From Eledone cirrhosa (lineage: Eukaryota), in the NCBI GenBank assembly GCA_964016885.1, contig OZ024751.1:40238001-40302000 (forward strand): 64,000 nt of DNA, written 5' to 3'. The notes under the pieces were generated by a model, which was not told where the DNA came from, searched no databases, and saw only the letters and a list, made by a program, of their open reading frames with translations. This document shows positions 40,335-54,335 of the stretch, one piece after another. The translations under genes were made by a program, and so were the position numbers. Numbering within the stretch: position 1 is the stretch's first letter; every line of letters starts with the position of its first letter.

Positions 40335-40487
40335 AATGCTGGCCCTTTCAATCACAAGTACAATTCAATTTTCTCTGCTGAATGGATTGAAGCAACTTGA
40401 AATAAAGCGTCTTGCTCAAGGGTATAACACGCCGCTGGAAATCGAACTCACAACGTTATGATCGTGAAGTGAACATCTTAACCATAG
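40335..40487 (-). mobile_element. Second tRNA-derived SINE family
   Basis: gtcttgctcaagg and atcgaactc motifs; plus-strand relatives at 32895-33130 and 52160-52225. Confidence 0.65.
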
Positions 40488-40745
40488 AGGCAGTCTCATT
40501 AGCTGGGTTTTTTTTCGTTTTGATTGTCATATAAGGGAAATAGATTATGGAAGCTGAGATATCTGTAAACAGATGTTTGTCAGCAGTTAAATCACTTTTT
40601 AGTTAGGCTAGACTGAAAAAATATTAAAACGACGTAGTTTGTTAAGAAAATGTTAATAGAAAAACGATTGCATTTCATCTAATAGTACAGAATTTTGTGT
40701 TGACAGAAGTACGCCATCTTATCACAGTCACATATAGTCTTTCAT

Positions 40746-40794
<49 letters not shown>

Positions 40795-40961
40795 TACACA
40801 CACACATGTACATACATAAAGTGTCTTTCTTTACATCCCACATAAATAAATACACAAAACACAAATTCTTGTGAAGGCTTAACCGTAATATTTGTAATTC
40901 TATCAACTCTATACTGACAACCACAAAATCTACAGTTATTAACCACCACAACCTCATTATC

Positions 40962-41000
<39 letters not shown>

Positions 41001-41570
41001 TGTGTGTGTGGGGGGGGGGGATGTAATTGTTATTATTTTATAATTACATTCTTGCACGATCTTTTGAAGTTTGCTTACTTTTAAATGCATCATATTAAGT
41101 TTAATGTTCTGCTGTTTACACACACACACATAATATATATATATATATAAATCAGGGCGGTTACAGAATATGAGCATGGGGCTAAGGTTTCGTCTTGTGA
41201 TATTTGTGGTAAAATATATCTATCTCTTGCCAGCCTAAGTACACAACAATCAGTATCATATTGACTATATCAGTTACTGGACAATACACCCGAATCAATG
41301 TCACATCTGCCACAAAATGTATAAATTACTGGTAGGTTTAAAGTGAAATGTATAAATTACTGGTCGGCATAAAGTGACATCAAGTGCAGACACCACAGTC
41401 TTTGCCAAAACTTACCTGTAGATTGTGTGGTCAACGTTTTGCTTCCATACCTGGTTAAAAAGCCGCATAAGACATCATACTGGAAATGATCTTCATGTGC
41501 ATTGAGTGGTCAAACTCTGTATTGAGCAGGGTTTAATCCTGCTATATATATATATATATATATATGTGTG

Positions 41571-41602
<32 letters not shown>

Positions 41603-41607
<5 letters not shown>

Positions 41608-41775
41608 AAAAGTATGACCCCGACGGCAGAGCTCAAGCCGTTTCGACGGCTATTTCTGGACGAAATGGCTTGAGCTCTGCCATCGAGGTCATACTTTTTC
41701 CTATTACCCACTCTACTACCCTAAGTATTGAGTACTCTGGTGCGTTATGGTACATCTGGTTCCTTACCACAATTC
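41603..41775. mobile_element. Fold-back Penelope-like terminus remnant inside (TA)n
   Basis: ~40-bp inverted arms within 41603-41703; hammerhead 3' half on the minus strand; actct...attgagtac tail motif. Confidence 0.6.
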
Positions 41776-41780
41776 CTTCG

Positions 41781-41828
<48 letters not shown>

Positions 41829-41829
41829 T

Positions 41830-41867
<38 letters not shown>

Positions 41868-42139
41868 AAGGTACAAAACAGTAAAAATAAACGTCAAAAA
41901 GTCAATAATCAACACAGAAAGAACCAAGTAAAATGATAACCATTAGTTTAACGCTTGAAAGGAAACAAATGAAAGAGGGTCTTTTATATTTGTGGTAGAT
42001 AGTTTTACATAAGAAAGCGAGGAGAAGAGGAGAGAGAAGTTAAATGAAAGAGAAGAGAATAGGGGACGAGAGTTAGATGAAGTAGGAGAGAGATGTTAAA
42101 TGAAAAGAAGACAAAATGTCGGTATTATTTAGAAAATAA

Positions 42140-42451
42140 TAATTTGCCTTTCATCCTTACGGAGTCGATAAAATAAAGTACCAGTGATGTACTGGGATAA
42201 TTGCTGGCCTTGTGACCAAAGTAGAAACAATTATTTAGAAAATAGCGGCGGATTGGCAGTATCGGTAGAGCGTCAGACAACATGCTTTGCAGCATAGAGT
42301 TACGGTTCTTTACGGTCTGAGTTCAAATCTCGCCGAGGTTAACTTTGCCTTTCATCCTTACGGAGTCGATAAAATAAAGTACCAGCAATACACTGGGGTA
42401 ATTGCTGGCCTTGTGCCAAAAGTAGAAACAATTATTTAGAAAATAGCGGCG
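42140..42451 (+). mobile_element. Tandem SINEs (a 3' half plus a full copy) separated by direct repeats
   Basis: ttatttagaaaata occurs at about 42125, 42231 and 42432. Confidence 0.88.
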
Positions 42452-43659
42452 ATGAATTAATTTTACGGAAGGTGACACTGCTATTCCCCGTGGTTGAGTC
42501 AGGACTGGTGTCGTGGAAGTGTATGTATAGCTATGTCTGTGGTGGTTGAGTGTATGGCTAATCGATGCCGTTCAAGTGAGGTATGAACAATATTGGTAAG
42601 TCAGATGATTATGCAAGCGTTTTGTAAGTGCACAATGAATCTTGTCATTTGAAAAAAATTGAATTGTATATTTTTTACGTATGCAAGAGAAACCAGGGTG
42701 AGAAGGTAGATTGTCCTCGTGTCGTATATTTTAGCCAGGGCAGGACCTTAACCTGTTGAGACCCTAGCAAGGTAAAATGAACCTAGAAATAATAATGATG
42801 ATAATGATGATGTTTGGAAAATATATAAATCTACTATTTGTCTTATTATTAACACTGTCATGTTGCCAAAGGTTTGTTATTAATGTCGTATGTGCTGTAT
42901 TTCTGGAAAACAAATTATGTTTCTTTCCATCGATGTCAAAAGAGAGTTGTGGTCTTTTGCCAGAATATGAAAAGAAACTTTAAAGACATTACAATCATTC
43001 AATGTTACACTAGGCCATGAACACTGCTAAACATATAATAACACAGAGGACACCGTAACCTTGTCAGATGATACAGCTTTACAGCAGTGACAAAAATATT
43101 GACGGCTTCTTTATATTGACAGGATTTTTATATAAAGAAATATGTATGTGGAATGAAATGTGATATTCATGTTTTCCTCAAAGATTATTAACAATGTAAG
43201 TGACCAGAGCTGGGTTTAGATTTGGTGAGGTTCTACCCTAAACTATATAAAGTTTGGGGGCTCATTGTTAAAACATTTACATAAGAAAGTCTACCAGAAA
43301 TTGAAATCATATATTATATAGTATACATTTTTATTAATTTGATGCTTCTGTGGGTTGTGAGACCCTACACTGTAGTTTACTTAGATTATTTTTAAATATG
43401 GCAGCTTCAGGTCAATCTAAGCCTAATGAGGGAAATTGGGTAGACGGAAACTGTTTGGATGCCCGTCAGACGCATTGTACCTGCAATTCTCGAGGTCAGT
43501 CTTGTCATACACTGAACCACGCTTTGTGAATTATGTGGAATATTCAACCATTGACATTGAATATACAAGATGGGTTGTACCAGTGATTCAACGGGCTAAT
43601 GTTATCATATACTGTCACGCTGAATCTCCCTAAGAATTAAGTTATGGGTAGTCATGTTG

Positions 43660-43872
43660 CCTGCAGGCGAATGAAACTGGCTGGGCACTGTGCTCTGGAA
43701 ACCCGTGGTTGGACGAAGAAGATGGAAAGACAGGCCGTCTCATTCATTGATACCCTGCTGAGAGATGCCGACATTGATAACATCGATGAACTGAGAAATG
43801 TCATGCTCGACCGGGACGATTGGAGAAGGAGTGCTGAATCTTTGCGAGTGTAAACTCGGCCGAAGAAGAAGA
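43660..43872 (+). mobile_element. RTE-type LINE 3' end with (GAA)n tail
   Basis: RRMKLAGHC...FIDTLLRDADIDNIDELRNVMLDRDDWRR. Confidence 0.8.
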
Positions 43873-44232
43873 TGTCTGTGGAATGCTTTGCGAGAAAGAC
43901 GGACGTAGTAACTATACCAGCGTTGCTGAAATATTTTATAGAGTTAAAGGTTAAGTGATTTTCCGATAAATAGGAATATACAAGACTTAATTTTCCCGAG
44001 TTAGACTTTAAGTTGACCGAACAAAAACAACTGACTGCTGCTCGTCGAAAGAGATGGAGATCCATATATGTTGGCTATGTTAAAACAGCTAATCTACCTG
44101 CTTGAGGTCTAAAACAAAAACTGTGCTGTTCAACTGCTCACTGCTGAAATATGTGAAATTAGAAACTACATGATTAAAATTTCTTTCTTTGCATAAATAG
44201 ATAAGAGAGATGTGATGAATAACATTTTCATC

Positions 44233-44323
44233 TGGTGGTGTGATGTTGTTGTTGTTGTTGTTGTTGTTGGTGGTGGTGGTTGTGGTGGTGTTGGCGGCGG
44301 CGGGGGTGGTGGTGGTGGTGTGA

Positions 44324-44354
<31 letters not shown>

Positions 44355-44390
44355 AGTTTTGGTGGTGGTGGTTGTGTGATGTTGTTGTTG

Positions 44391-44424
<34 letters not shown>

Positions 44425-44471
44425 TGGTGGTGTTGGCGGCGGCGGGGGTGGTGGTGGTGGTGGTGGTGTGA

Positions 44472-44502
<31 letters not shown>

Positions 44503-44538
44503 AGTTTTGGTGGTGGTGGTTGTGTGATGTTGTTGTTG

Positions 44539-44572
<34 letters not shown>

Positions 44573-44619
44573 TGGTGGTGTTGGCGGCGGCGGGGGTGGT
44601 GGTGGTGGTGGTGGTGTGA

Positions 44620-44650
<31 letters not shown>

Positions 44651-44686
44651 AGTTTTGGTGGTGGTGGTTGTGTGATGTTGTTGTTG

Positions 44687-44720
<34 letters not shown>

Positions 44721-44801
44721 TGGTGGTGTTGGCGGCGGCGGGGTGGTGGTGGTGGTGGTGGTGTGATGTTGTTGTTGGTGGTGGTTATGGTGGTGGTGTG
44801 A

Positions 44802-44841
<40 letters not shown>

Positions 44842-45010
44842 GGTGGTAGTTTTGGTGGTGGTGGTTGTGTGATGTTGTTGTTGGCAGTGGTAGTGGCGGT
44901 GGTAGTGGTGGTGGTAGTAGTGGTGGTGGTAGTGGTGCGTACGATGTTGTTGTTGGCAGTGGTGTGATGTTGGTGGTGGTGATGGCAGTGGTATGGTGGT
45001 GTGATGTTGT
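44233..45010. repeat. GTT/GGT compound microsatellite with a 142-148-bp higher-order unit, about 4 copies
   Basis: ttggcggcggcgggg at about 44291, 44433, 44581 and 44729. Confidence 0.92.
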
Positions 45011-45099
45011 TTTTGGGTTGTGATTTTTCTTATTGATTATAGTTGTCCCTTCTTCTTCTTCTTCTTCTTCTTCTTCTTCTTCTTTTTCTTCTTCTTCTT

Positions 45100-45130
<31 letters not shown>

Positions 45131-45138
45131 TCGTGCAC

Positions 45139-45172
<34 letters not shown>

Positions 45173-45334
45173 TTACACACACACAAATGTTATTTCAGAA
45201 ATTACGGGAGATAACTTCAGATAAGTTTTAATTAAATGACAGAATAGTCACTCTTAGAATCAGTAACCAACATATTTGGTTTATGACTTTTAATTATTTC
45301 TTCTTCTTGTTGCTTTCTTCTGTATACATCTCTC

Positions 45335-45443
<109 letters not shown>

Positions 45444-45541
45444 TGCGATGAAATACCAATGATGGCTGGCAAATCACTGATGAGGGACTAATTTTATAAT
45501 ATGTAACCATGTGCAACCACGCAGTTTTCCTCTTTCTTCCC

Positions 45542-45583
<42 letters not shown>

Positions 45584-45588
45584 CCCGT

Positions 45589-45639
<51 letters not shown>

Positions 45640-45641
<2 letters not shown>

Positions 45642-45782
45642 CGGGTAAAATTCCCGAGATCCATGGACGAGTTCTCTCCAGCGGTCTATGTCCCTCATCA
45701 TCGCTGCATGTCCTGCATCCCCCAGAAGCCAGTGTCTATCCTTAGGGCATCAACATTTGTCAACCTCGGTCTCCCTCTTCAA
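45640..45782 (-). mobile_element. Decayed RTE-type 3' end
   Basis: RGRPRLTNVDALRIDTG and MMRDIDRWRELV on the minus strand. Confidence 0.7.
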
Positions 45783-45784
45783 TC

Positions 45785-45972
45785 GGGGGTAACCACAGTA
45801 AGTAAGGTACTCAATACATAGCAGAGTATAAATATTTAATAAAGAAATGGCTTCTACAGGACTAGAATTGTTTCATTCGGGAGAAATCATCAAGAAACCC
45901 CGATGACTTCCTGATGATTTCTCCCGAATGAAACAGTTCTAGCCCTGTAGAAGCCATTTCTATATCAAATAT
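45785..45972. mobile_element. Fold-back Penelope-like terminus carrying a hammerhead
   Basis: ~60-bp inverted arms; shares gtaaccacagtaagtaaggtactcaatacat.gcagagtata with 46520-46713. Confidence 0.7.
45903..45957 (+). ncRNA. Candidate type I hammerhead ribozyme, predicted cleavage after GUA at 45949
   Basis: AUGACUUC-CUGAUGA-U(UUC UCCC GAA)U-GAAA-CAG[loop]CUG-UA/GAAGCCAU; stems I, II and III all form. Confidence 0.6.
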
Positions 45973-46446
45973 ATACATACATACAGTACAGTATATATTA
46001 CCGAAGACCATATGAAGTTCTGCATAAATTTATTCAGCTATTATACATATTTCTCTGGGGTCAATGATTGGGAGATGTAATCAGCACGCAACCGTCGGCC
46101 CGAGTTCATCAGATAACATTCAGAGATAAAGACAAGCAACTTCTAAAGTTTATTGATAGAAGGGCCTGTATAGAGTCTGTTCACATCTAGCTGGCCAGCC
46201 CCGTATGGTTTCTAGTCCACTCCAATACACACACTCATACATACGTGTATGTATGTGATAAATGCTAAAATATTCCATAATTGTAAATAGTTATGCGTGT
46301 ACATTTTCACGGGAGACAACTCTTTTGGTTTTTAGATTAAGTATACTTTTTTTAGTTATTTCCCTTACATACCATACTTTCTTACTGACAGCTTTGGGGT
46401 AGTTCATTTCAGTTCATTGCAAAGTGGAAAATTTATCGTGTGTGGA

Positions 46447-46477
<31 letters not shown>

Positions 46478-46519
46478 GTATGTATATATGTATATATATA
46501 TATATATATATATACGTTA

Positions 46520-46713
46520 TTCCGGGTTGAATCGGAGGTAACCACAGTAAGTAAGGTACTCAATACATTGCAGAGTATAAAAGTTTTAATATAGATGAGA
46601 ATCTACAGGACTAGAACTGTTTCATTCTTTAGAAATAATCAGGAATCAGATTCCTGATGATTTCTAAAGAATGAAGCAGTTCTAGTCCTGTAGAATCTCA
46701 TCTATATTAAAAC
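46520..46713. mobile_element. Second fold-back element of the same family, hammerhead cores mutated
   Basis: ~63-bp inverted arms within 46581-46713; right arm has GAAG for GAAA, left arm has CUGAUUA. Confidence 0.7.
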
Positions 46714-46722
46714 TATATATAT

Positions 46723-46753
<31 letters not shown>

Positions 46754-46755
<2 letters not shown>

Positions 46756-46898
46756 CGATATTAAATAAATGGAAACTATATTTATAAAACCATATTTATT
46801 TCATTATATATAATTTCATTATATATGTAATTTCATTATATATATAATTTCATTAAATATGGTTTTATAAATATAGTTTCCATTTATTTAATATCGTA
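46754..46898. repeat. 45-bp perfect inverted repeat enclosing four tttcatta(tatat) units
   Basis: tacgatattaaataaatggaaactatatttataaaaccatattta and its exact reverse complement. Confidence 0.9.
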
Positions 46899-46984
46899 AA
46901 TATACTCCAAATACTTGTTGAGTGCTTTTATATCAGTTATAAATATTTACTAGTTGTAACCCAACAATTTAAATATAACTTTCC

Positions 46985-47116
<132 letters not shown>

Positions 47117-47514
47117 CGTATATTTATATATACACATATACATACAGTATATGTATATATATATATACATTCAGTATATGTATATCTAACGTTGATACAG
47201 AATAGCTCTTTTGTTTGTCTATTTAAAATGTTACTATAGAAACACCCAGCAAATTCTAGAAGTCAACCTTCCAAATATGCCCCCGCCCACGCTCAATCTT
47301 CTCCCCACCCCCTCCACATAAACAGGAACACTATTCCTGAGATATTATACGTAACGACTGTGTTTTATATAAACATAGACTATTTTATCTGGCGTCTTCT
47401 CCCACACACCCCGTCTACACTACATTACAAGTCAGATGAGCCAACGAGGGTGCCTCTACGTGCTCATTCAACCTGCTAGATATAGCAGCCAAAATTTCTT
47501 TTCAAATCATACTT

Positions 47515-47742
47515 TTAACCCTTTAGCATTCACATTACTCTATATATACTATTATATTTTCATGGTAAATGCTTTACCTCACATAATTATCTCACATAAT
47601 ATCGAATCTATGAGATTTTGAAAGTATTTATTTTGAGAACAATACCTTAACATCAGTTTGAGCGACCAGTTACAGTCAGTTTCAACAGAAAGAGGTAGAG
47701 AATTCTGGCCCGTTTTGGCCGGTTTGAACATTAAAGGGTTAA
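47515..47742. mobile_element. piggyBac-type MITE nested in another repeat
   Basis: TTAA-CCCTTTA ... TAAAGGG-TTAA; near-identical to 17628-17835. Confidence 0.9.
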
Positions 47743-48261
47743 ACTGTTTCATAAAAGAAGGGACAGAACTATTGACCCTCCCCCTCTTCTTTTGTAGCTA
47801 TAGGCAATAAACATTACTGTTCCATCACAGATTTTGTCAGTCAGTTTAAAGACGATATTAATATGTCCCCAAGTTGTGTTTTGCGGGTTTTTAATATTTT
47901 CTTAGTATTTTGTGAGGGTCATGCTTCCGATCAAAACATACGCACCAGTTAAATTCACTTCACTTTTACTAGACAAATAATTGCTTCATCAATTAGTTGC
48001 CTAAATCAACTAATTAATTAATTCTTAAAGTACTTTCGTCACTGCCTATGACCTAATTGATATCTATTGACCTAATCGATATCTATTGCACTATGTGTTT
48101 CCTCCTCCTCCTCCTCCTCCTTTGGGTGGGGTTGAAGGGGTGGGGCAGTAGATGATATTAACTCCAAAATTTCACTGGTACTTTACTTTATCGACACCCG
48201 GAAGGATGAAAGGTAAACAGCAGCAGCAACAACACACATCAGCTAACCGATGCCACCCCTG

Positions 48262-48268
48262 ACTACTG

Positions 48269-48304
<36 letters not shown>

Positions 48305-48366
48305 TTACTACTACTACTACTACTACTACTATACTACTACTACTACTACTGCTACTACTGCTACTG

Positions 48367-48414
<48 letters not shown>

Positions 48415-48415
48415 T

Positions 48416-48455
<40 letters not shown>

Positions 48456-48475
48456 GCTACTACTGCTACTACTAT

Positions 48476-48555
<80 letters not shown>

Positions 48556-48556
48556 T

Positions 48557-48617
<61 letters not shown>

Positions 48618-48960
48618 GCTACTACTGCTACTGCTACTGCTACTACTACTACTACTACTACTACTAGCAGTTCTTGATTTGTTAACAACCAGCTCTGTCC
48701 TCGCCCTACATACATACACACACACATACATACACACACACACACATACATACATACACAACCACATACATACACACACACACATACATACACCCACACA
48801 CACACACACATACATACACACACACATACATACATACACAACCACATACATACATACACACACACACATACATACACCCACATACATACACACACACATA
48901 CATACATACATACACACACATACATATACACACATACATACATATACACACATACATACA
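48262..48960. repeat. (TAC)n followed by CA/CATA compound microsatellite
   Basis: Seen directly. Confidence 0.97.
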
Positions 48961-48962
48961 TG

Positions 48963-49242
48963 TAAACATGGCCCGTGTGAATGGGCCTTCTCTCTATATC
49001 AGCCTGTAGGTGAAAAAGATGGAAGAACAAGGAAGCATCCTCTCTCTGTGCTCCTGAGGAGAAGGGTTGCACACTTTTTCGGGGGCATGTGCGACCCCCT
49101 AAAAACGCCTCCTCCCTATTGAGGACTTTATTGCTAATTTTATATTTGTTATTGTTTTTTTTTACTCGTTCTTTTGTGTAAACTCCCCCCTTTGTATTTG
49201 TCCCCTTCTTTTGCGCCCTCGTGGCAATAAATAGAAACATAT
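48963..49242 (+). mobile_element. LINE 3' end, probably Tx1/L1 clade
   Basis: Similar to 53835-54232 in inverted orientation; ends gtggcaataaatagaaac. Confidence 0.65.
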
Positions 49243-49247
49243 CTATG

Positions 49248-49346
<99 letters not shown>

Positions 49347-49444
49347 GGGTATATATTTATCTATTTATTATTTAGTGTGTAAAACAAGTTGGTTATCAGA
49401 TGTCTGTATTCCTCACCATTTTAGGTGCGTCTCTCATTCTATAA

Positions 49445-49900
49445 CACTTCCACTGTCATTCCTTCATACCACTGTTCCGCCATTCCTTCATTCCATCATA
49501 CCATCGTTCCATCATTCCTTCATTCCTTCATACCACTGTTCCGCCATTCCTTCATTCCATCATACCATCGTTTCATCATTCCGTCATTCCTTCATACCAC
49601 TGTTCCGCCATTCATTCATTCCATCATACCATCGTTCCATCATTCCTTCATTCCATCATACCACTGTTCCGTCATTCTATCATGCCATCGTTCCCTCATT
49701 CCGTCATTCTATCATGCCATCGTTCCCTCATTCCTTCATTCCATCATACCACTGTTCCGTCATTCTATCATGCCATCGTTCCCTCATTCCGTCATTCTAT
49801 CATGCCATCGTTCCCTCATTCCGTCATTCCATCATACCATCGTTCCATCATTCCGTCATAGTGTCATATAATCATTCTCTCATTCTGTCATTCCGTTATT
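49445..49900. repeat. TCATTCC/CATACCA compound minisatellite
   Basis: Seen directly. Confidence 0.9.
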
Positions 49901-50357
49901 CCTTCAACTCCCTCTATTCCATGTTGTATCAACATTCCTCGAAGACATCGACTTCCTGGAGAGAGTATGTGTGTGTCGGTGTGTGTGTGTGTGTGTGTGT
50001 CGGTATGTGTGTGTGTGTGTGTCGGTATGTGTGTATGTGTGTATGTGTGTCTGTATGTGTGTATGAGTGTATGTGTGTGTGTCTGTATGTGTGTATGTGT
50101 CTGTGTATGTGTGTGTGCCGGTATGTGTGTCTGTGTGTGTGTATGTGTGTGTCTGTATGTGTGTATGTATGTGTGTCTGTATGTGTGTATGAGTGTATGT
50201 GTGTGTGTCTGTATGTGTGTGTGTGTGTGTGTGTGTGTCGGTATGTGTGTATGTGTCTGTGTATGTGTGTGTGTATGTATGTGTGTATGTGTGTGCGTCT
50301 GTATGTGTGTGTGTCTGTATGAGTCTGTATGTTTGAGTGTGTGTGTGCGTGTGTGTA

Positions 50358-50407
<50 letters not shown>

Positions 50408-50461
50408 TGTGTGTGTATCGTTGTGTTTGAGTGTGTGTGTATGCCGATGTGTGTGGGAGTG

Positions 50462-50497
<36 letters not shown>

Positions 50498-50655
50498 CGT
50501 GTGTGTGTGTGAGAGAGAGAGCGGGTGAGAGAGAGAGAGAGAGCGTGTGTGTGTGTGTAAGTGTGAGTATGTGGGAGGGGGAGGACAACAGATCTACTAG
50601 AACTGCATTACAGGTGTCGCCACCTGCAAGAAGATTTCATACAAAAAACCCTCAA

Positions 50656-50754
<99 letters not shown>

Positions 50755-50847
50755 TATATATATATATATATATATATGCATACTCACACACACATATATA
50801 TTTATATATATTTATATATATTTATATATATTTATATACATACATAT

Positions 50848-50894
<47 letters not shown>

Positions 50895-50911
50895 CACACA
50901 CATATATACAT

Positions 50912-50942
<31 letters not shown>

Positions 50943-50965
50943 CACATATACATATATATATATAC

Positions 50966-50996
<31 letters not shown>

Positions 50997-51034
50997 CATA
51001 CATATGTATGTATGTATATATGTGTGTGTGTGTA

Positions 51035-51076
51035 TGTTTTGTTTTCTACTTGTTAAATCATCATCATCATCATCAT

Positions 51077-51143
<67 letters not shown>

Positions 51144-51163
51144 AACAAGTAGAAAACAAAACA
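51035..51163. repeat. Near-perfect 129-bp palindrome: unique arm, (CAT)n, (TA)n, (ATG)n, unique arm
   Basis: tgttttgttttctacttgttaaatcatc and gatgatttaacaagtagaaaacaaaaca. Confidence 0.92.
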
Positions 51164-51220
51164 AATTTAGTGAGATGTTGCAGAGTGCTGCGTGTCATAA
51201 ATAAACACCCCCCCCCCCCC

Positions 51221-51323
<103 letters not shown>

Positions 51324-51674
51324 CAGAGATAAGAAGAGAAGACAGGAGAGGAATGGGTTAAAGTTAGATAGAATTAAACGAGTTAATTAGATAAGGAAAT
51401 AATAGAGGGTCTGTTTTAGAGGTGAAACTAGATATATTATTCCAAACATGTGGTTGGTACATTGGCCCAGGTATTAGAAACGTCAGCATTTACTTTAGGA
51501 TTTCAAATCCCATCGAAGAAAACCTGGACCCTCGTCATACCAGGCACGATAAAATTAAGTACCAGCTATGTACTGGGTAGATTTAGTGAGAGAATTTCAC
51601 CGAGGACCTATGTTAAAAAATGCTTATCATAATCAGTATATACAGTATTTAGAGTATATATAATATATATATAT

Positions 51675-51788
<114 letters not shown>

Positions 51789-51900
51789 TACACACATTAT
51801 ATATATATATAGGAAAAGAATCAGGACCCCTACGGCTGAGCTCCGGCCGTTTCGATGGCTATATATATGTATACATCGCTATTTCAGAGCACCAACCCTA

Positions 51901-51962
<62 letters not shown>

Positions 51963-52457
51963 GTATGTGGGGGGGGGGGGGGGCTCAGCAGAGATAAGAA
52001 GCTAAAAGATGCAAAAGAGTTAAAGTTTGATGCATAAAACATTTTTGTTGATAAGACGAAATAAAAAGAAAATAATGGCATTTCTGTTCTGAGGTAGAAC
52101 TATTTATATGAGGGTGGTGGTGGTGGTGGTGGTGGGTGGTGGTGGTGGCGGCGGAGATGTGAGATCGATTCCTGGACCGGGCGATGCATTATGTCCTTGA
52201 GCAAGACATTTTATTTCACGTAACTCTTGCTACCAGGAGTTGCGACTGGTAGGTAATATTAGAAATGGAAGACCAATGGAAACATTGTTTCCTTGGTCCG
52301 GTTTGACAACTTCCATCCCAGACTGTAAGCGAGTGTAGTCTGGGATCTTGTTGATCGATATATAGAAAGATACATGTAAAGTGATTGAAATATTTATTGG
52401 ATTCCAAATTGACGGATTTAATGAAATATTGTGACTTCCTTGGGATTGTGAAACTTT

Positions 52458-53756
52458 ATCACAACCACCATCACCACTACAACCACCACCATCACAACCA
52501 CCATCACCACTACAACCACCACCATCACAACCATCACAACCACCACCATCACAACCACCACCATCACAACCTCCAACACCACTACAACCACCACCATCAC
52601 AACCACCACCATCACAACCACCACCATCACAACCACCACCATCACAACCTCCAACACCACTACAACCACCACCATCACAACCACCACCATCACAACCACC
52701 ACCATCACAACCCCCAACACCACTACAACCACCACCATCACAACCACCACCATCACAACCACCACCATCACAACCTCCAACACCACTACAACCACCACCA
52801 TCACAACCACCACCATCACAACCACCACCATCACAACCTCCAACACCACTACAACCACCACCATCACAACCACCACCATCACAACCACCACCATCACAAC
52901 CTCCAACACCACTACAACCACCACCATCACAATCACCACCACCACTACAACCACCACCACCACAACCACCGCCATCACAACCACCACCATCACAACCTCC
53001 AACACCACTACAACCACCACCATCACAATCACCACCACCACTACAACCACCACCACCACAACCACCGCCATCACAACCACCACCATCACAACCACCACCA
53101 TCACAACCACCACCATCACAACACCCAACACCACTACAACCACCACCATCACAATCACCACCACCACGACCTCCAACACCATTACCCCTATCACCATCAA
53201 CATCACCCCTATCACCACCACTACCACCACCACTACCACCACTACCACCACCACCACTACCACCACTACCACCACCACTACCACCACTACCACCACCACC
53301 ACCACTACCACCACTACCACCACCACCACTACCATCACCACTACCACCACCACCAACATCACCCCTATCACCACCACTACCATCACCACTACCACCACCA
53401 CCACCACTACCACCACCACCACCACCACCACCACCACCACCAACATCACCCCTATCACCACCACCATCACCACCACCACCACCACCACCACCATCATCAC
53501 CACCACCACCTCCACCATTACAGCCTCGCCCCTCAACCATGACAAGCAAACTACACGAAAGACCAACCACATCATAATACACGGTCTAGTGAATAGCAAC
53601 ATCAACAACAATAACAACAACAATAACAACAATAACAGTAACATTAACAACAGTGACAACAACAATAACAACAGTAACAACAACAATAACAACAGTAACA
53701 ACAACAATAACAACAACAGTAACAATAACAACAGTAACAACAATAACAACAGTAAC
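52458..53756. repeat. CAC/CAT/CAA compound repeat (15-bp ACAACCACCACCATC units) followed by an AAC-rich tract
   Basis: Seen directly. Confidence 0.95.
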
Positions 53757-53834
53757 GCTTGATGAATAGAATAAAAATAACAAATATATAGATTTATAGA
53801 AATGACACTAAAAGTGTATGTATGTATGATAGAT

Positions 53835-54335
53835 AACTTTCTTTTTATTTGCCACCAGGGCATCAAAAAGTGGGACAAGTACAATGGGGGGTGTTTACAT
53901 AAAAAGGCGTCCTCAATAAGGAGTAGGCAATAACAAGATATAAAATAAAATAAAATATAACAAAATAAATTTAATAACAAAATCCTCAATAGGGAAGAGG
54001 CGCCTTGGGGGGTCGCACAGACCCCCGAAAAAAAGTGTGCAACCCTTCTCCTCAGGAGCACAGAGAGGGGGTGCTCCCTTGATCTTTCATCTTCCTCACC
54101 TATAGTCTGATGTAGAGTGAAGGCCCATTCACACGGGCCATTCTCGCCACTTTCACCCATCTTTCATAAAAACGGCTGGGGTGCAGCACCTCTCTCTCCA
54201 TCCTGATCCTTCTTCCGAAATGATATCGGATGATAGATAGGTAGATAGATAGATTAGATAGATATGTTTCTTTATTAGCCACAGGGGCACAAAAGAAGGG
54301 GCCAAATACAAAGGGGGAAGTTTACATACAATAAA
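53835..54335 (-). mobile_element. Two tandem LINE 3' ends (Tx1/L1-like) separated by a GATA tract
   Basis: ORF end RYHFGRRIRMEREVLHPSRFYERWVKVARMARVNGPSLYIRL*; 3' ends tggc(a/t)aataaa(g)a abut GATA repeats. Confidence 0.7.

Noticed and set aside
52230-54160. Gly/Cys-rich, His-rich and Val-rich long ORFs
   Set aside because: Translations of CAC/CAT/CAA repeats, open in several frames on both strands, with no splice or start support
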